From the NCBI RefSeq assembly GCF_004010195.1, contig NC_057718.1:79602514-79666513 (forward strand): a stretch of DNA of 64,000 nt, read 5' to 3'. The position numbers were made by a program, and so were the translations under genes. How positions within the stretch are numbered: the stretch's first letter is position 1; the number at the start of each line of letters is the position of its first letter. The notes under the pieces are model-generated. The model did no database searches and was not told the DNA's origin. It saw only the letters and a program-made list of their open reading frames with translations. Shown one piece after another: positions 49,821 through 61,965 of the stretch. This stretch comes from Chiloscyllium plagiosum. Lineage: Eukaryota.

Positions 49821-51964
49821 TAGAGTCAGTGCGTCATAGAGATGTTACAGCACGGAAACAGACTCTTCGGTCCAACTCGTCCATGCTGACCAGATATCCC
49901 AACCCAATCTCGTCCCATCTGCCAGCACCCGGCTCATACCCCTCCAAACCCTTCCTATTCATATACCCATCCAGATGCCTTTTAAATGCTGCAATTTTAC
50001 TCGGCTCCACCACTTCCTCTGGCAGCTCATTCCATACACGTACCACCCTCTGCATGAAAAAGTTGCCCCTTAGGTTCTCTTTTATATCTTTCCCCCTCAC
50101 CCTAAATCTATGCCCTCCAGTTCTGGACTCCCCCACCCTAGGGAAAAGACTTTGTCTATTTATCTTATCCATGCCCCTCTTGATTTATAAGCCTCTATAA
50201 CGTCACCCTTCAGCCTCCGACGCTCCAGGGAAATCACACCTAGCCTATTCAATCTCTCCCGATAGCTCAAACCCTCGAACCCTGGCAACATCTTTGTATA
50301 TCTTTTCTGAACCCTTTCAAGTTTCACAACATCTTTCCAATAGGAAGGAGACCAGAATTGCACGCAATATTCCAAATGTGGCCTAACCAATGTCCTGTAC
50401 AGCCGCAACATGACCTCCCAACTCTTGTATTCAATATTCCGACCAATAAAGGAAAACATACTAAACGCCTTCTTCACTATCCTATCCATCTGCAACTCCA
50501 CTTTCAAGGAGCTATGAACCTGCACTCTAAGGTCTCTTTGTTCAGCAACACTCCCGAGGACCTTACCATTAAGTGCATAAGTCCATCTAAGATTTGCTTT
50601 CCCAAAATGCTGTACCTCACATTTATCTTTTTCAGCCCATTGGCCCATCTGATCAAGATCCCTTTATAATGAGAGGTAGCTTTCTTCACTGTCCCTATAC
50701 CTCCAATTTTGGTGTCATCTGCAAACTTACTAACTGTGTCTCTTATGCTCACATCCAAATCATTTATATAAATGATGAAAAGCAGTGGACCCAGCACCGA
50801 TCCTTGTAGCACTCCATTGGTCACACGCCTCCAGTCTGGAAAACAACCCTCCACCACCACGCTCTGTCTTCTACCTTTGAGCCAGTCCTATATCCAAATG
50901 TCTAGTTCTCTCTGTATTCCATGAGATCGAACCTTGCTAATCAGTCTCCCATGGGGACATTTGTTGAATGCCTTACTGAAATCCATATAGATCACATCTA
51001 CCACTCTGCCCTCATCAATCCTCTTTGTTACTTCTTCAAAAAACTCAATAAACTTTGTGAGACATGATTTCCCATGCACAAAGCCATGTTGATTATCCCT
51101 AATCAGTCCTTGCCTTTCCAAATACATGTACATCCTGTCCCTCAGGATTCCCTCCAACAACGTGCCTACTACCGACATCAGGTTCACTGGTCTATAGATC
51201 CCTGGCTTGTCACTACCACCTTTCTTAAGCAGTGGCACCACGTTAGCCAACCTCAAGTCTTCCGGCACTTCACCGGTGACTATCGATGATGCTGAGATAT
51301 TTGTAAGAGGCCCAGCAATCACTTCCCTAGCTTCCCACAGAGTTCTAGGGTACACCTGATCATCTATGCATTTCAAGACATCCAGCACTTCCTCCCCTGT
51401 AATATGAACATTTTTCAAGATGTTACCATCTATTTCCCTCCATTCGATATCTGTGTCCTTTTCCACAGTAAATACTGATGCAAAATATTGTTTAGTATTT
51501 CCCCCATCTCCTGCGGCTCCACACAAAGGCATGATCTTTGAGGGGTGCTATTCTCTCCCGAGTTACATTTTTGTCCTTAATGTATTAGTAAAAACCCTTT
51601 GGATTGTTCTTAACTCTATTTGCCAAAGCTACCTCACGTCCCCTTTTTGCCCTCCTGATTTCTCTCTTAAGTATACTCCTACTGCCTTTATACTCTCCTC
51701 AGGATTCACTCAATCTAGCCTGTATATACCTGACATATGCTTCCTTCTTTTTCTTAACCAAAACCTCAATTTCTTTAGTCATCCAGCATTCCCTAAACCC
51801 ACCAGCCTTTCCTTTCACCCTAACAGGAATATAATTTCTCTGGACTCTCGTTATCTCATTTCTGAAGGCTTCCCATTTTCCAGCTGTCCCTTTACCTGCA
51901 AACGTTGGCGCCCAATCAGCTTTTGAATGTTCTTGCCTAATACCGTCAAAATTGGCCTTTCTCA
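49821..51964 (-). mobile_element. Young 5'-truncated CR1 (HER1-like), 2.1 kb
   Basis: Long ORF pieces 'ANVVPLLKKG..YRPV', 'QHGFVHGKSCLT', 'GVLQGSVLGPLLF.IYINDL', 'FADDTKIGG', 'VWNELPEEVVE'; frameshifted. Confidence 0.95.
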
Positions 51965-54266
51965 CTAGCGAAGTTTAGATGTGGCTGGGTTTTTGAGGGT
52001 TAAGATAAACTTGAGAAAACCTCCACTTTCATTGAACCAGAAAAATATATATACTGTATCCTTTACCAGCGTTTCTTGTTTTTGGGATGGTGAAAACTGA
52101 GTACACCAAACTGCTGTCTGTTTCGGAGTCATTGTCAATTTGCAACAGTAATGTGGTGACAACACCTTGGCAAAGGTTCTATATGCATACCATCTAAATA
52201 CTGCAAGTAGCAGGGACAGCAGGAAGGTAATGATTTTCAACAGTGTGAAAAATTGATTTGATGGCAGTGTATCCACTTTTGAACACAATGAGCTGAATCT
52301 TATGCCCTTTTGGGATAAGTGCAAATTACATTTTGCTCTTTAGAAAATTTCTTACTACACATGAGTTTTCCCACTATCTCTTACCAATTGTGCCTCACTA
52401 ACTACCTACACTACCCTTATGGCATCTTTCATGTCCGGTTCTATCGCCAAGTTACCATGCCACATTCCCAGAATAGCTCACCACCATTGGATATCTGCTG
52501 AAAGTCTTGCAACTCTTGCAACTGTATGACCTTTGGAAGGTGACTCTGCACTCAGACAAAGTGGCCCTTTTCATAATGTGTCCTTGCTGCAGCCTTTCAG
52601 TGCAGGTTACTAGTGCACGCTGCAATGCAAGCTGGTTCTTCCACAGCTTCCAACAAATGGATTGGAGAGGTGTCATGACAGCTGTGAGAGGTTGGCAAAT
52701 GTCTGATGGCAATGTGTATAGACGAAGGGCATGCTGTTGGTGACCAAGGGTCATGCCAAGTTTCTGCTTCGTGTTAAACCACAAGAAAGGTATTCGCAGC
52801 CAGCGGCAAAAGCTGAAGTCACCAGTTACTTCAGCTTTGATTTTCATGTTGTGATTTCTCAATGTCACGGTAGGTTTGGTGAGGGAGGAATCTCGATATT
52901 AATGAGGTGATAGTGATGTTAGTTAGCTGTTTAACAAGCCATAATCCTCCTTAATAGGTAACCTGCTGCTGCCTGGTAATAAACTCGCCTTGCCAGTTGG
53001 CAACTGCATACAAAATACAATGAGATGCTCCCGACATTGAAATAGACCTTACTTGACTTCTGTCACAATTCTGCCACAAATCTCACCTTAAACCACATCA
53101 TTCAAACCCTTATAAGATTTTACATCAATCTCCATTCTATACACTGTCTGAACTCTTGTTGCTGAACACATTGTTAAACAGCATGAAGAATCTTCCATCA
53201 GCAATATTTGAAAGAATTACAAACTACTTACAGGTCAGTTGCTGGATTCACTCTTTTAGTTGCTTTCCTATATTTGCAGCCACTGAAGTAGCACTGCTAG
53301 GTGCACTAAGATAGGCACTAAAGAAATCAGAATGAATGCACCAAGTTTGTATCCAATATGGCATTATTACATTTAGAAATCTGGCCTGGAATGCTTATAC
53401 AATGATGGTTTTTATTTTTAAATTGTGGCTATGAGTATGATGTGACAGAGGTGGGAGGATTGATGCTACCTCATGGAGAGAAGGCAGAAGGTGTGTACTT
53501 CATAATACCACAGTAGTTGCCTCGAGATATCTGCTCACAGATTGCTGAACCAATATGCAGGTTTCGTTAAACAGAGTAGTCTGACTATCTATGTCTGCAT
53601 TTGATGGCGGGTACTTGTATTTGTGCTCCTGGTAGTTGTGGAATTGGCCATGAGACATTGCATCACGGTTGGATTCATTGTATAAAAGGATAAAATAATA
53701 TCCTGAAAAGGATCATATCAACGTTCTGTGATAAGCACATTGCCAAGTTGGTGTTATACTCCACACTGCTGAGCATTGACTGCAGACTTGCAAATGCACC
53801 ACGCATTCTGTCGTGCATGTATATCAGCTTTCATCTCTAGCCTGTATTCCAAAATGCTCATCTGAGTTCTGCGTGATGGAAATTCTATCTTAACTGATCA
53901 TTTCACAAGCTAGCATCTGCACTGTATTTGTTCCTTGTCCCTACAGCTGGCCACTTACTATAGTTTCTCACTAAGTGTAGGTTCTATCTTTATGCTACTC
54001 ACTAAATTATGGTCTGTGAATGTCCTATTGTATCATTATTATATCATTAGCCTATGTTTCACAGGTTGTACTCACATGCTGTTTGCCTGCCATCTGCAAT
54101 AATGCAGGCTATCTTTAAGTAGCTTAGGCTAGCTCAGATACTCAGAATACTGACCTCTGTTTCTGATATCTAGCCAACCAGTAACATAGTGAGTGCAGTC
54201 CAGATGCTAAAATCATTGAAATGATGAGGCAACATGAAGTTAGCATAACGTCGACATGAGCATATA

Positions 54267-54775
54267 GTAAGAACATAAGAATTAGGGCATGTAAAGGTAA
54301 TTCAGCCCCTCAAGCCTGTTCCGCCATTCATTACATCATGGCTGAACTATCTTGGCCTCAAACCCACTTTCTGCCACCTCTCCATAATGATTCAACCCAT
54401 TACCAATTAAAAATCTAGCTCCTTAAATTTAAGACCATTGACCAGGAGAAATACAAACAAGAGTAGACCATTCAGTCCCATGAATCTGCTTTGCCATTCG
54501 ATAGAATCATAGCTGATGTGACATCCCTCACATCCACTTTCCTGTGTTTTCTCCATAATCCTTAATTCTCTTACTGATCAAGAATATATCTATCCCAGCC
54601 TTAAATATACACAAGGACTCTAACCACATGGTTCCTGTGGCAAGAAGTTCCAAAGACTCACAACTCTCTGAGAGAGGAAATTCCTTCTCATTTTAGTCTT
54701 AAACTGTTGCTGTTTTATTCTGAGACTATGACCTCTGCCCCTATACACTCCTATGAGGGGAAACACCTCTCAGCC
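54267..54775 (-). mobile_element. Two stacked CR1 3' ends
   Basis: TAAGAACATAAGAA tail with CAGCCCCTCAAGCCTGTTCCGCCATTCA; second unit GAGTAGACCATTCAGTCCCA from ~54440. Confidence 0.7.
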
Positions 54776-54856
54776 ATGCACACTGTAACCACATTTGTTC
54801 TGGAGAGGGGCAATTAAAATTAGCCCCTTTAATCTTTTGCATGCATACCAAACTAT

Positions 54857-55075
54857 GGGGAGAAATTGTGGCATATGGTAATGTCACGAGACAAGCAATC
54901 TAGAGATCAGGCTAACACCCGGAGATATGGGTTAAAATTCAACCACAGTACTTGGTGGAATTAATCAATTAATACATCTGAGACATAATGTTAGTCACAG
55001 TATCACCTTACCTGGTTTGGCCTAGGTGCGATTCCAGGTCTATACCAATGTGGTTGACTTTTAACTAAGGGACAG
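54857..55075 (+). mobile_element. SINE family B, internally deleted
   Basis: GTGGCATATGGTAATGTCAC head; TTACCTGGTTTGGCCTA..CCAATGTGGTTGACT. Confidence 0.6.
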
Positions 55076-55233
55076 GTAAAAAATACACGTTCTTTGAAAG
55101 AATAAAGAAAAGTGTGTACTACACTGTTGCAGTACATTAGGTAAAAACAATGACTGCAGATGCTGGAAACCAGATTCTGGATTAGTGGTGCTGGAAGAGC
55201 ACAGCAGTTCCGGCAACATCCGAGGAGCAGTAA

Positions 55234-55269
55234 AATCGATGTTTCGGGCAAAAGCCCTTCATCAGGAAT
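55234..55269 (-). ncRNA. Minimal hammerhead ribozyme (stem III altered)
   Basis: AUUC-CUGAUGA-A-GGGC-UUUU-GCCC-GAAA-CAUC-GAUU. Confidence 0.65.
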
Positions 55270-55305
55270 AAAAGCAGAGAGCCTGAAGCGTGGAGAGATA
55301 AGCTA

Positions 55306-55722
55306 NNNNNNNNNNNNNNNNNNNNNNNNNNNNNNNNNNNNNNNNNNNNNNNNNNNNNNNNNNNNNNNNNNNNNNNNNNNNNNNNNNNNNNNNNNNNNNN
55401 NNNNNNNNNNNNNNNNNNNNNNNNNNNNNNNNNNNNNNNNNNNNNNNNNNNNNNNNNNNNNNNNNNNNNNNNNNNNNNNNNNNNNNNNNNNNNNNNNNNN
55501 NNNNNNNNNNNNNNNNNNNNNNNNNNNNNNNNNNNNNNNNNNNNNNNNNNNNNNNNNNNNNNNNNNNNNNNNNNNNNNNNNNNNNNNNNNNNNNNNNNNN
55601 NNNNNNNNNNNNNNNNNNNNNNNNNNNNNNNNNNNNNNNNNNNNNNNNNNNNNNNNNNNNNNNNNNNNNNNNNNNNNNNNNNNNNNNNNNNNNNNNNNNN
55701 NNNNNNNNNNNNNNNNNNNNNN
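55306..55722. other. Assembly gap
   Basis: Run of N (also a single N at 56815). Confidence 1.
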
Positions 55723-58469
55723 GTAGTCACGGAGGGAACGGTCTTTGCGGAAGGCGGAGAGGGGTGGGGAGGGAAATATATCCCTGGTGGTGGGGTCTGT
55801 TTGGAGGTGGCGGAAATGTCGGCGGATGATTTGGTTTATGCGAAGGTTGGTAGGGTGGAAGGTGAGCACCAGGGGCGTTCTGTCCTTGTTACGGTCTGAG
55901 GGCGGAGGTGCGGGACGTGGACGAGAATCGTTGGAGGGTATCTTTAACCACATGGGAAGGAAATTGCGGTCTCTAAAGAAGGAGGTCATCTGGTGTGTTC
56001 AGTCGTGGAACTGGTCCTCCTGGGAGCAGATACGGCGATGGCGGAGGAATTGGGAATACGGGATGGCATTTTTGCAAGAGTGGGAAGAGGTGTAATCCAG
56101 GTAGCTGTGGGAGTCGGTGGGTTTGTAAAAAATGTCAGTGTCAAGTCAGTCGTCATTAATGGAGATGGAGAGGTCCAGGAAGGGGAGGGATGAATTGCTC
56201 AATCTCCTCGCAGGAGCACGAGGTGGCGCCAATGCAGTCATCAATGTAGCGGAGGAAGAGGTGGGGAGTGGTGCTGGTGTAACTACGGAAGATCGACTGT
56301 TCTACGTAGCCAACAAAGAGACAGGCATAGCTGGGGCCCATACGTGTGCCCATGGCTACCCCTTTGGTCTGGAGGAAGTCGGAGGACTCGAAGGAGAAAT
56401 TGTTAAGGGTGAGGACCAGTTCGGCCAAACAAATGACAGTGTCGGTGGAATGGTACTGTTGGGGACGTCGGGAGAGGAAAAAAATGGAGGGCTTGGAGGC
56501 CCTGGTCATGGCGGATGGAGGTGTAGAGGGATTGGATTTCCATGATGAAGATGAGGCGTTAGGGGTCGGGGAAACGGAAGTCTTGGAGGAGATGGAGGGC
56601 GTGGGTGGTGTTTCGAACGTATGTGGGGAGTTCCTGGACTAGGGGGATAGGACAGTGTTAAGGTAGGTAGAGGTGAGTTCAGTGGGGCAGGAGCATGCTG
56701 AGACAATGGGTCGGCCAGGGTGGTCAGGCTTGTGGATCTTGGGAAAGAGGTAGAACCTGGCAGTGCGGGGTTCCCAGACTATGAGGTTGGAAGCTGTGGG
56801 TGGGAGATCTCCTGNTGGGGTCATGGTCAAGGGGGCGGTAGGAAGAGGTGTCCTCGAGTTGGCGTTTGGCTTCAGCGGTGTAGAGGTCAGTGCGCCAGAC
56901 TACCACTGCGCCCCCTTTATCTGCTGGCTTGATGGTGAGGTTGGGATTGGAGCAGAGGGAGTGGTTGTGAGAGTGAGAGGTTGGAGTGGGGGAGCGGGGT
57001 AGACAGGTTGAGGCGGTTAATGTCCCGGCGGCATTTGGAAATGAAGAGGTCGAGGGCAGGTAATAGGCCAGTGCGGGGTGTCCAGGTGGATGCAGTCTGT
57101 TGGGGGTGGGCGAAGGGGTCCTCGGAAGGTAGGCGGGAGTCCTGATTGTAAAAGTAAACTCGGAGGCGGAGGCGACGTCGAATACCTCTTCCACCGCCTT
57201 TGCCTCCGAGCTTACTTTCACAATCAGGACTAATCCAGAATGTTGCAGTACATTGCTCACTCGGTTAGTGGTTAGTTCAAGATCACAAGAGAAAAGCTAA
57301 TCTGTAATGATACATTAATTCGCTCACTATCAATAGCAGCTGTCTATGTTTCCAATACCTTTCTGAAAATGCTCAAGGGCACAGTAAAGAATTTACTATA
57401 AACATAAACGTTCTGCATTGTCAGCAAATTTTAATTTATTTTTATGGTCAAGATGAACAGAGCTAGTCTGCAATGTTTACACTGTACAGAATATACTGTA
57501 GCAACTCATCAAAGTTCCTTCAGCATCACTTCTCAAACCTGTTTACAAATTCACCAATTGGAAGGCCAGGAACAGCAGATATGTAAGTAAATCATCACTT
57601 CTAAGTTTGACTCCAAGTGATACAAATAATTTACAATCCCATATGTAAGTTCTGCCAAAGCCTCCTAAAAACAGTTGACGAAAGAAAACATTTCTGCCTT
57701 TGCAATCATGTCTACTATATTGCACACTGAAAAACACGATGCTGTTAATTTGATGATCTTCTCATTGTTCTGTTCACCTTCAAATCTGTTTCAACTTTCC
57801 TTTGTATTTACTTTCATGTTACATTCTGTGCTGTCAAGAGTTCAGTGTGTGAGACAAATGTCCATTCAGAGCCATTTCTTTCAGAAATATACTGATCTAT
57901 CTACTTGTTTTAAAAAATACCACCATAAAATCTTAAATTAGAGATGTTTGAAATCCTTATTTGCTATCTAAACTTGAAATGAAAGAATCAAATTTTGAGC
58001 TACAGAGGCTTTAATAACACTGCAAAGCTTTTCTTTTCAATATTGAATATTTAACAAAATAAAATACATAACCCAACTATTCAAACTTCATTTTAAAATG
58101 CAGAATTATTACTTGAAGTCATTCATAGCTCAGCACTTGCTATTCACTTGTACATCATGTCACCATTTGATTTTCTTTCAATAGACTTTCCTTACATAGA
58201 ACATTTAAATATCAAGGAAACTAAAATTCAAATTAGCTAGGTGACTCATAAATCTTCAAACAAAACATTTCAAAAAAATAAAATGGTCGGATAAGTCTTA
58301 GAAAGACTGTAAAATTATGGTCTTTTACAGTTATACATGAATAATTCAAGCCACCCACTGCCTTTAACCATTCAGTAATGTGTAAGCACCTCCATCCCTG
58401 TTCCATATTATGTAATGAAGGTTTTCTTTATTTAACTCTTGGTCTGACCTGCTCTGTTTAAATGCTATT

Positions 58470-58585
58470 GGCCTGAAACATTAACTCTGCTCTTCCCTCT
58501 ACAGGTGCTGCCTAACATGATGAATATGACCAGCATTTACTACTTTTAGTTCAGTTATCCACCTCCTACAGTATTTCGCTTTGTA
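58470..58585 (+). mobile_element. Old PLE tail
   Basis: CCTGAAACATTAACTCTG..CTACAGGTGCTGCC..CCAGCATT. Confidence 0.5.
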
Positions 58586-59399
58586 TGGGCCATAACATAT
58601 CCTCACTGCATTACTCGACTTCAAATCCAATAAACCTTTGTGTTCGCTTTCATAATGTCACCCTACATTACATTTTGTACTGTATCCAGTTCACTGTGCA
58701 TGAAACAACAACCTTTCTGTTTCTTTTTTGAAAAAGGTATTGATCTTGTCTTGAAAGAAACACCATTAAAATCTACTTTGATGCATTTGATGTCTTATTT
58801 AAACTTGACAAGAAAGAAATGAAGTTTGATCTCCTTAATTGTTTGTTCCCTATGCAGACTTTGTTGTCTTTTAGTCCATTGCTGCCACCTTCTCCCAGCA
58901 CTGCAGTGAGGTTGATGGATCTGCCATTATCTGGGGATGTGGGAGCTCTGGATGACCCACTGTGAAGTAGATATTTTTTGAAATCTCATTAAACTCTTGA
59001 AGTCTGGACTAATAGAGATTGCTTCCTGATTGAAGTGACAGAACTACTTTTTCATTGTTCTCACTGCATACAATTGGATAGTAGCCTTCTCTAAATTCAA
59101 GGACTTGAAATGTTTGAACAACTCAGGGCAGCATTTTTCATCATGAAGAAACTTGTTTAAGAAAATAAAACATGAATTGTGTGAAAACCAGTGCTGATCA
59201 TCAGCCTGCAGCCTGGAGGCTCCTGAACCAGGCAATATTAGTACTAACTTGATATTAAAATCTAATAAAATATAATACTAATTCTAATATTAGTGCATAC
59301 GAGAATAGTTTTAGTGTTTCCAGATTTCAACATCTGCAGAAAATTGCAAATGTTTGACACATTTAATAAAAGGTATAAAAATAAGCCCAAGAGCAACAG

Positions 59400-61965
59400 A
59401 TCAGTCATCTCAGTGACATGCTTTTAGAAAGGATAATTTGCGATAAAATTAAGAAGTCACTTGGACAAATGCGGGTTAATTAAGGAAAATAAGCATGGAT
59501 ATTTTTGAGAGTAATTTCACTAATTCACTTGAGTGTTTTTGCTGCAATAAAAGGGAAAGTTGATGAGAGTAATGTGGTGTACATGGACTATAAATTAATA
59601 AAATTAATAAAATTTATAGTTATTAATAAAATTTATAGTTATTCCATTGACTATAAGAGACTATAATGGCATGATATGAAATTGGCTGAACAAAAAGTAG
59701 TGAATGGCTATTTTTTGGACCGGAAGAACTTACATTGCAAGGTTCCACAGGAGATAGTTTCAGGCACTGCTACTTTTTTTGTTACATATATTACTGTTGT
59801 AGATTTAGGTGTAAAAACACAATTTCAAATTTTGCAGATGATCCAAAAGTTGAAAATATTGTACATTGTGAACAAAGTATTGATAAGCTTCGAGAAGACA
59901 CTGAAAAGTTGGTGAAACAGGCAGACAGGTTAGATTAGATTCAATTTTGATTAGATTAGATTAGATTAGATTAGATTAGATTAGATTAGATTACAGTGTG
60001 GAAACAGGCCCTTCGGCCCAACAAGTCCACACCGACCCGCCGAAGCATAACCCACCCATACTCCTACATTTACCCCTTACCGGGTCTCTGGCGCTGTGAG
60101 GCAGCAGTGCTAACCACTGTGTCACCATGCCGCCCACAGGTGCCAGAGTAAAATCATTACCAACAAGTGTGAAACAATTCATTTTGGTAGGCAAGGTAAA
60201 GGATACAACTCATACAAGCGCACAATCGAGGGTGTAGGCTAGGTGGGCTTGGATCGGCGCAACATCGAGGACCGAAGGGCCTGTACTGCGCTGTATTCTT
60301 CTATGTTCTATGTTCTATGTTCTAATCATCAACGCCTTTCCTATAGCAGGGAGACCAGAACTGAACACGGTATTACAAAAGTGGCCTCACGAATGTCTTT
60401 GACAGCTGCAACATGACATCCCAACTCCCATACTCAATGTACTGACCAATGAAGACAAGCTTGCCAAACATCACCTTTACCCCTCTGTCTACCTATGACT
60501 CAATTTTCAAGTTACTATGCACCAGCAGTTCTATGTCTCTTTATTCAGCAACAATCCCCAGGGCCCTAGCATTAACTGTATAAGTTCTGCCCTGATTTGC
60601 CTTACCAACATACAACACTTCACATTTATCTAAATGAAATTTATTTATATAAATATATATAAATTATTTAGATTTGCATGTAGAAAATTAATCAGGCAGA
60701 TTGCAAGTGATACAAATATTGATGGGGTAGTAAGTAGTGAGGAGGATAGTCTTAGATTATCAGAAAATATAGATGGGCTGGTCAAATGAGCTGATCAGTG
60801 GCAAATGGAATTCAATCTGGACAACTGTGACGTAATGCACTTGGACAGGTCAAACAGGCAAAAGAATACATGAGGAATTGTCAGATCCTGGGAAGCATCA
60901 AGGATCAGAGTGATCATTGTATGCAGGTTTACTGATTAGAACAGCTGGATAAAGTGGTTAAGAAGGCATATTGTATACTTGCCTTTATATGCTGAGACAA
61001 AGAGTTGAAGAGCACAGAGGTTATACGAGAGCTATATAAGACATTGGCTGGGTGACAACTTGAATATGGCATGCAGTTCTAAATCTGCACTATAGTAGAT
61101 CATGCTGTAGATCTTTATAATTCTAAGCCAGGGCTATTCTACTTGGAGAAGTGAAGATTAAGAAGAGGTGTCATAGAGATGTTCAAGATAAAGACAGATC
61201 AGTAAATTGCAGATGAAACAAAAATTGGTGGAGTGGTAAATAATGAGGAGGAAAGCCTTAGATTACGTAGCAGTCTAGATAGGATGGTCAGATGGGCTGA
61301 TCAGCGGCAAATGGATTCAATCCAGATAATTGTGAGATGATGCATTTGGGCAGGACAGCTCTCAACAGCACAGAAAAAAGACCCTTCTGCCTATCACATC
61401 ATAACAGGTCAAAAACAACCAGTTAACTATTCTAATCCCATTCTCCAGCACTTGGCCCACAATCTTGCATGCTTTGGCATCACAAGTGCACATCTAAATA
61501 CTTCTTAAATGTTATGAAAACTTCTGTCTCTACCACCTTGCAAACAAGTGAGTTGTAATTTTCCATCACCCTCTGGATGAACAAGTATTTTCTCACATCT
61601 CCTCTAAACCTCTGCCTTTTACCTTAAGTCTATGCCTCTGGTAATTGATTCCTTCATTAAAGTGAAAAGTATCTTCCTGTTTTTCCTGTCTTTGCCCCCC
61701 ATTATTTTATACATTTCAATTATGTCCCCTCTCACTGTTCTAAGGAAAACAACCCAGTCTGTCCAATCTCTTTCATAGCTGAAACTCTCCAGCTCAGGCA
61801 AGATCCTGGTAAATCGCCTCTGCACCCTCTGCAGCGCTATCATACCCTTCTATAATGTGGATTCCAGAACTGCACACAATACTTTAGTTGTAGCCTAACT
61901 GATGTTTTATACAGCTCCAGCATAACCTTCACATTCTTAAACTCTATACCTTAGCTGATAAACTT
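59400..61965. mobile_element. Cluster of CR1 fragments in both orientations
   Basis: + 59400-60215 ('ISNFADDPK'), + 60228-60324 ((TTCTATG)n tail), - 60330-60640, + 60670-61357 (two RT pieces), - 61360-61965 ('ALQRVQRRFTRILP'). Confidence 0.8.
59931..60135 (-). mobile_element. Internally deleted HE1-type SINE with long (TTAGA)n tail and 6-bp TSD
   Basis: Head GGGCGGCATGGTGACACAGTGGTTAGCAC joined directly to the CR1-like tail; ACAGGT at 59925-59930 and 60136-60141. Confidence 0.85.

Larger units (their letters stand above)
55139..57240 (-). mobile_element. Young Penelope-like element (RT, gap, hammerhead tail) with perfect 14-bp TSD
   Basis: 'PKIHKPDHPGRPIVSAC', 'QTKGVAMGTRMGPSYACLFVGYVE', 'FLRYIDD', 'IKPADKGGAVVVW'; TGTTGCAGTACATT at 55125-55138 and 57241-57254. 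Confidence 0.93.

Noticed and set aside
49834..51965. Chain of ORFs suggesting an intact RT gene
   Set aside because: Frameshifted, 5'-truncated CR1 ORF2; not a functional CDS
55160..55989. Long ORFs (188, 182 and 228 aa)
   Set aside because: They span the N gap; the real part is PLE sequence
59590..59643. Short direct repeats ATTAATAAAATTTATAGTT
   Set aside because: AT-rich slippage duplication inside a CR1; not CRISPR-like
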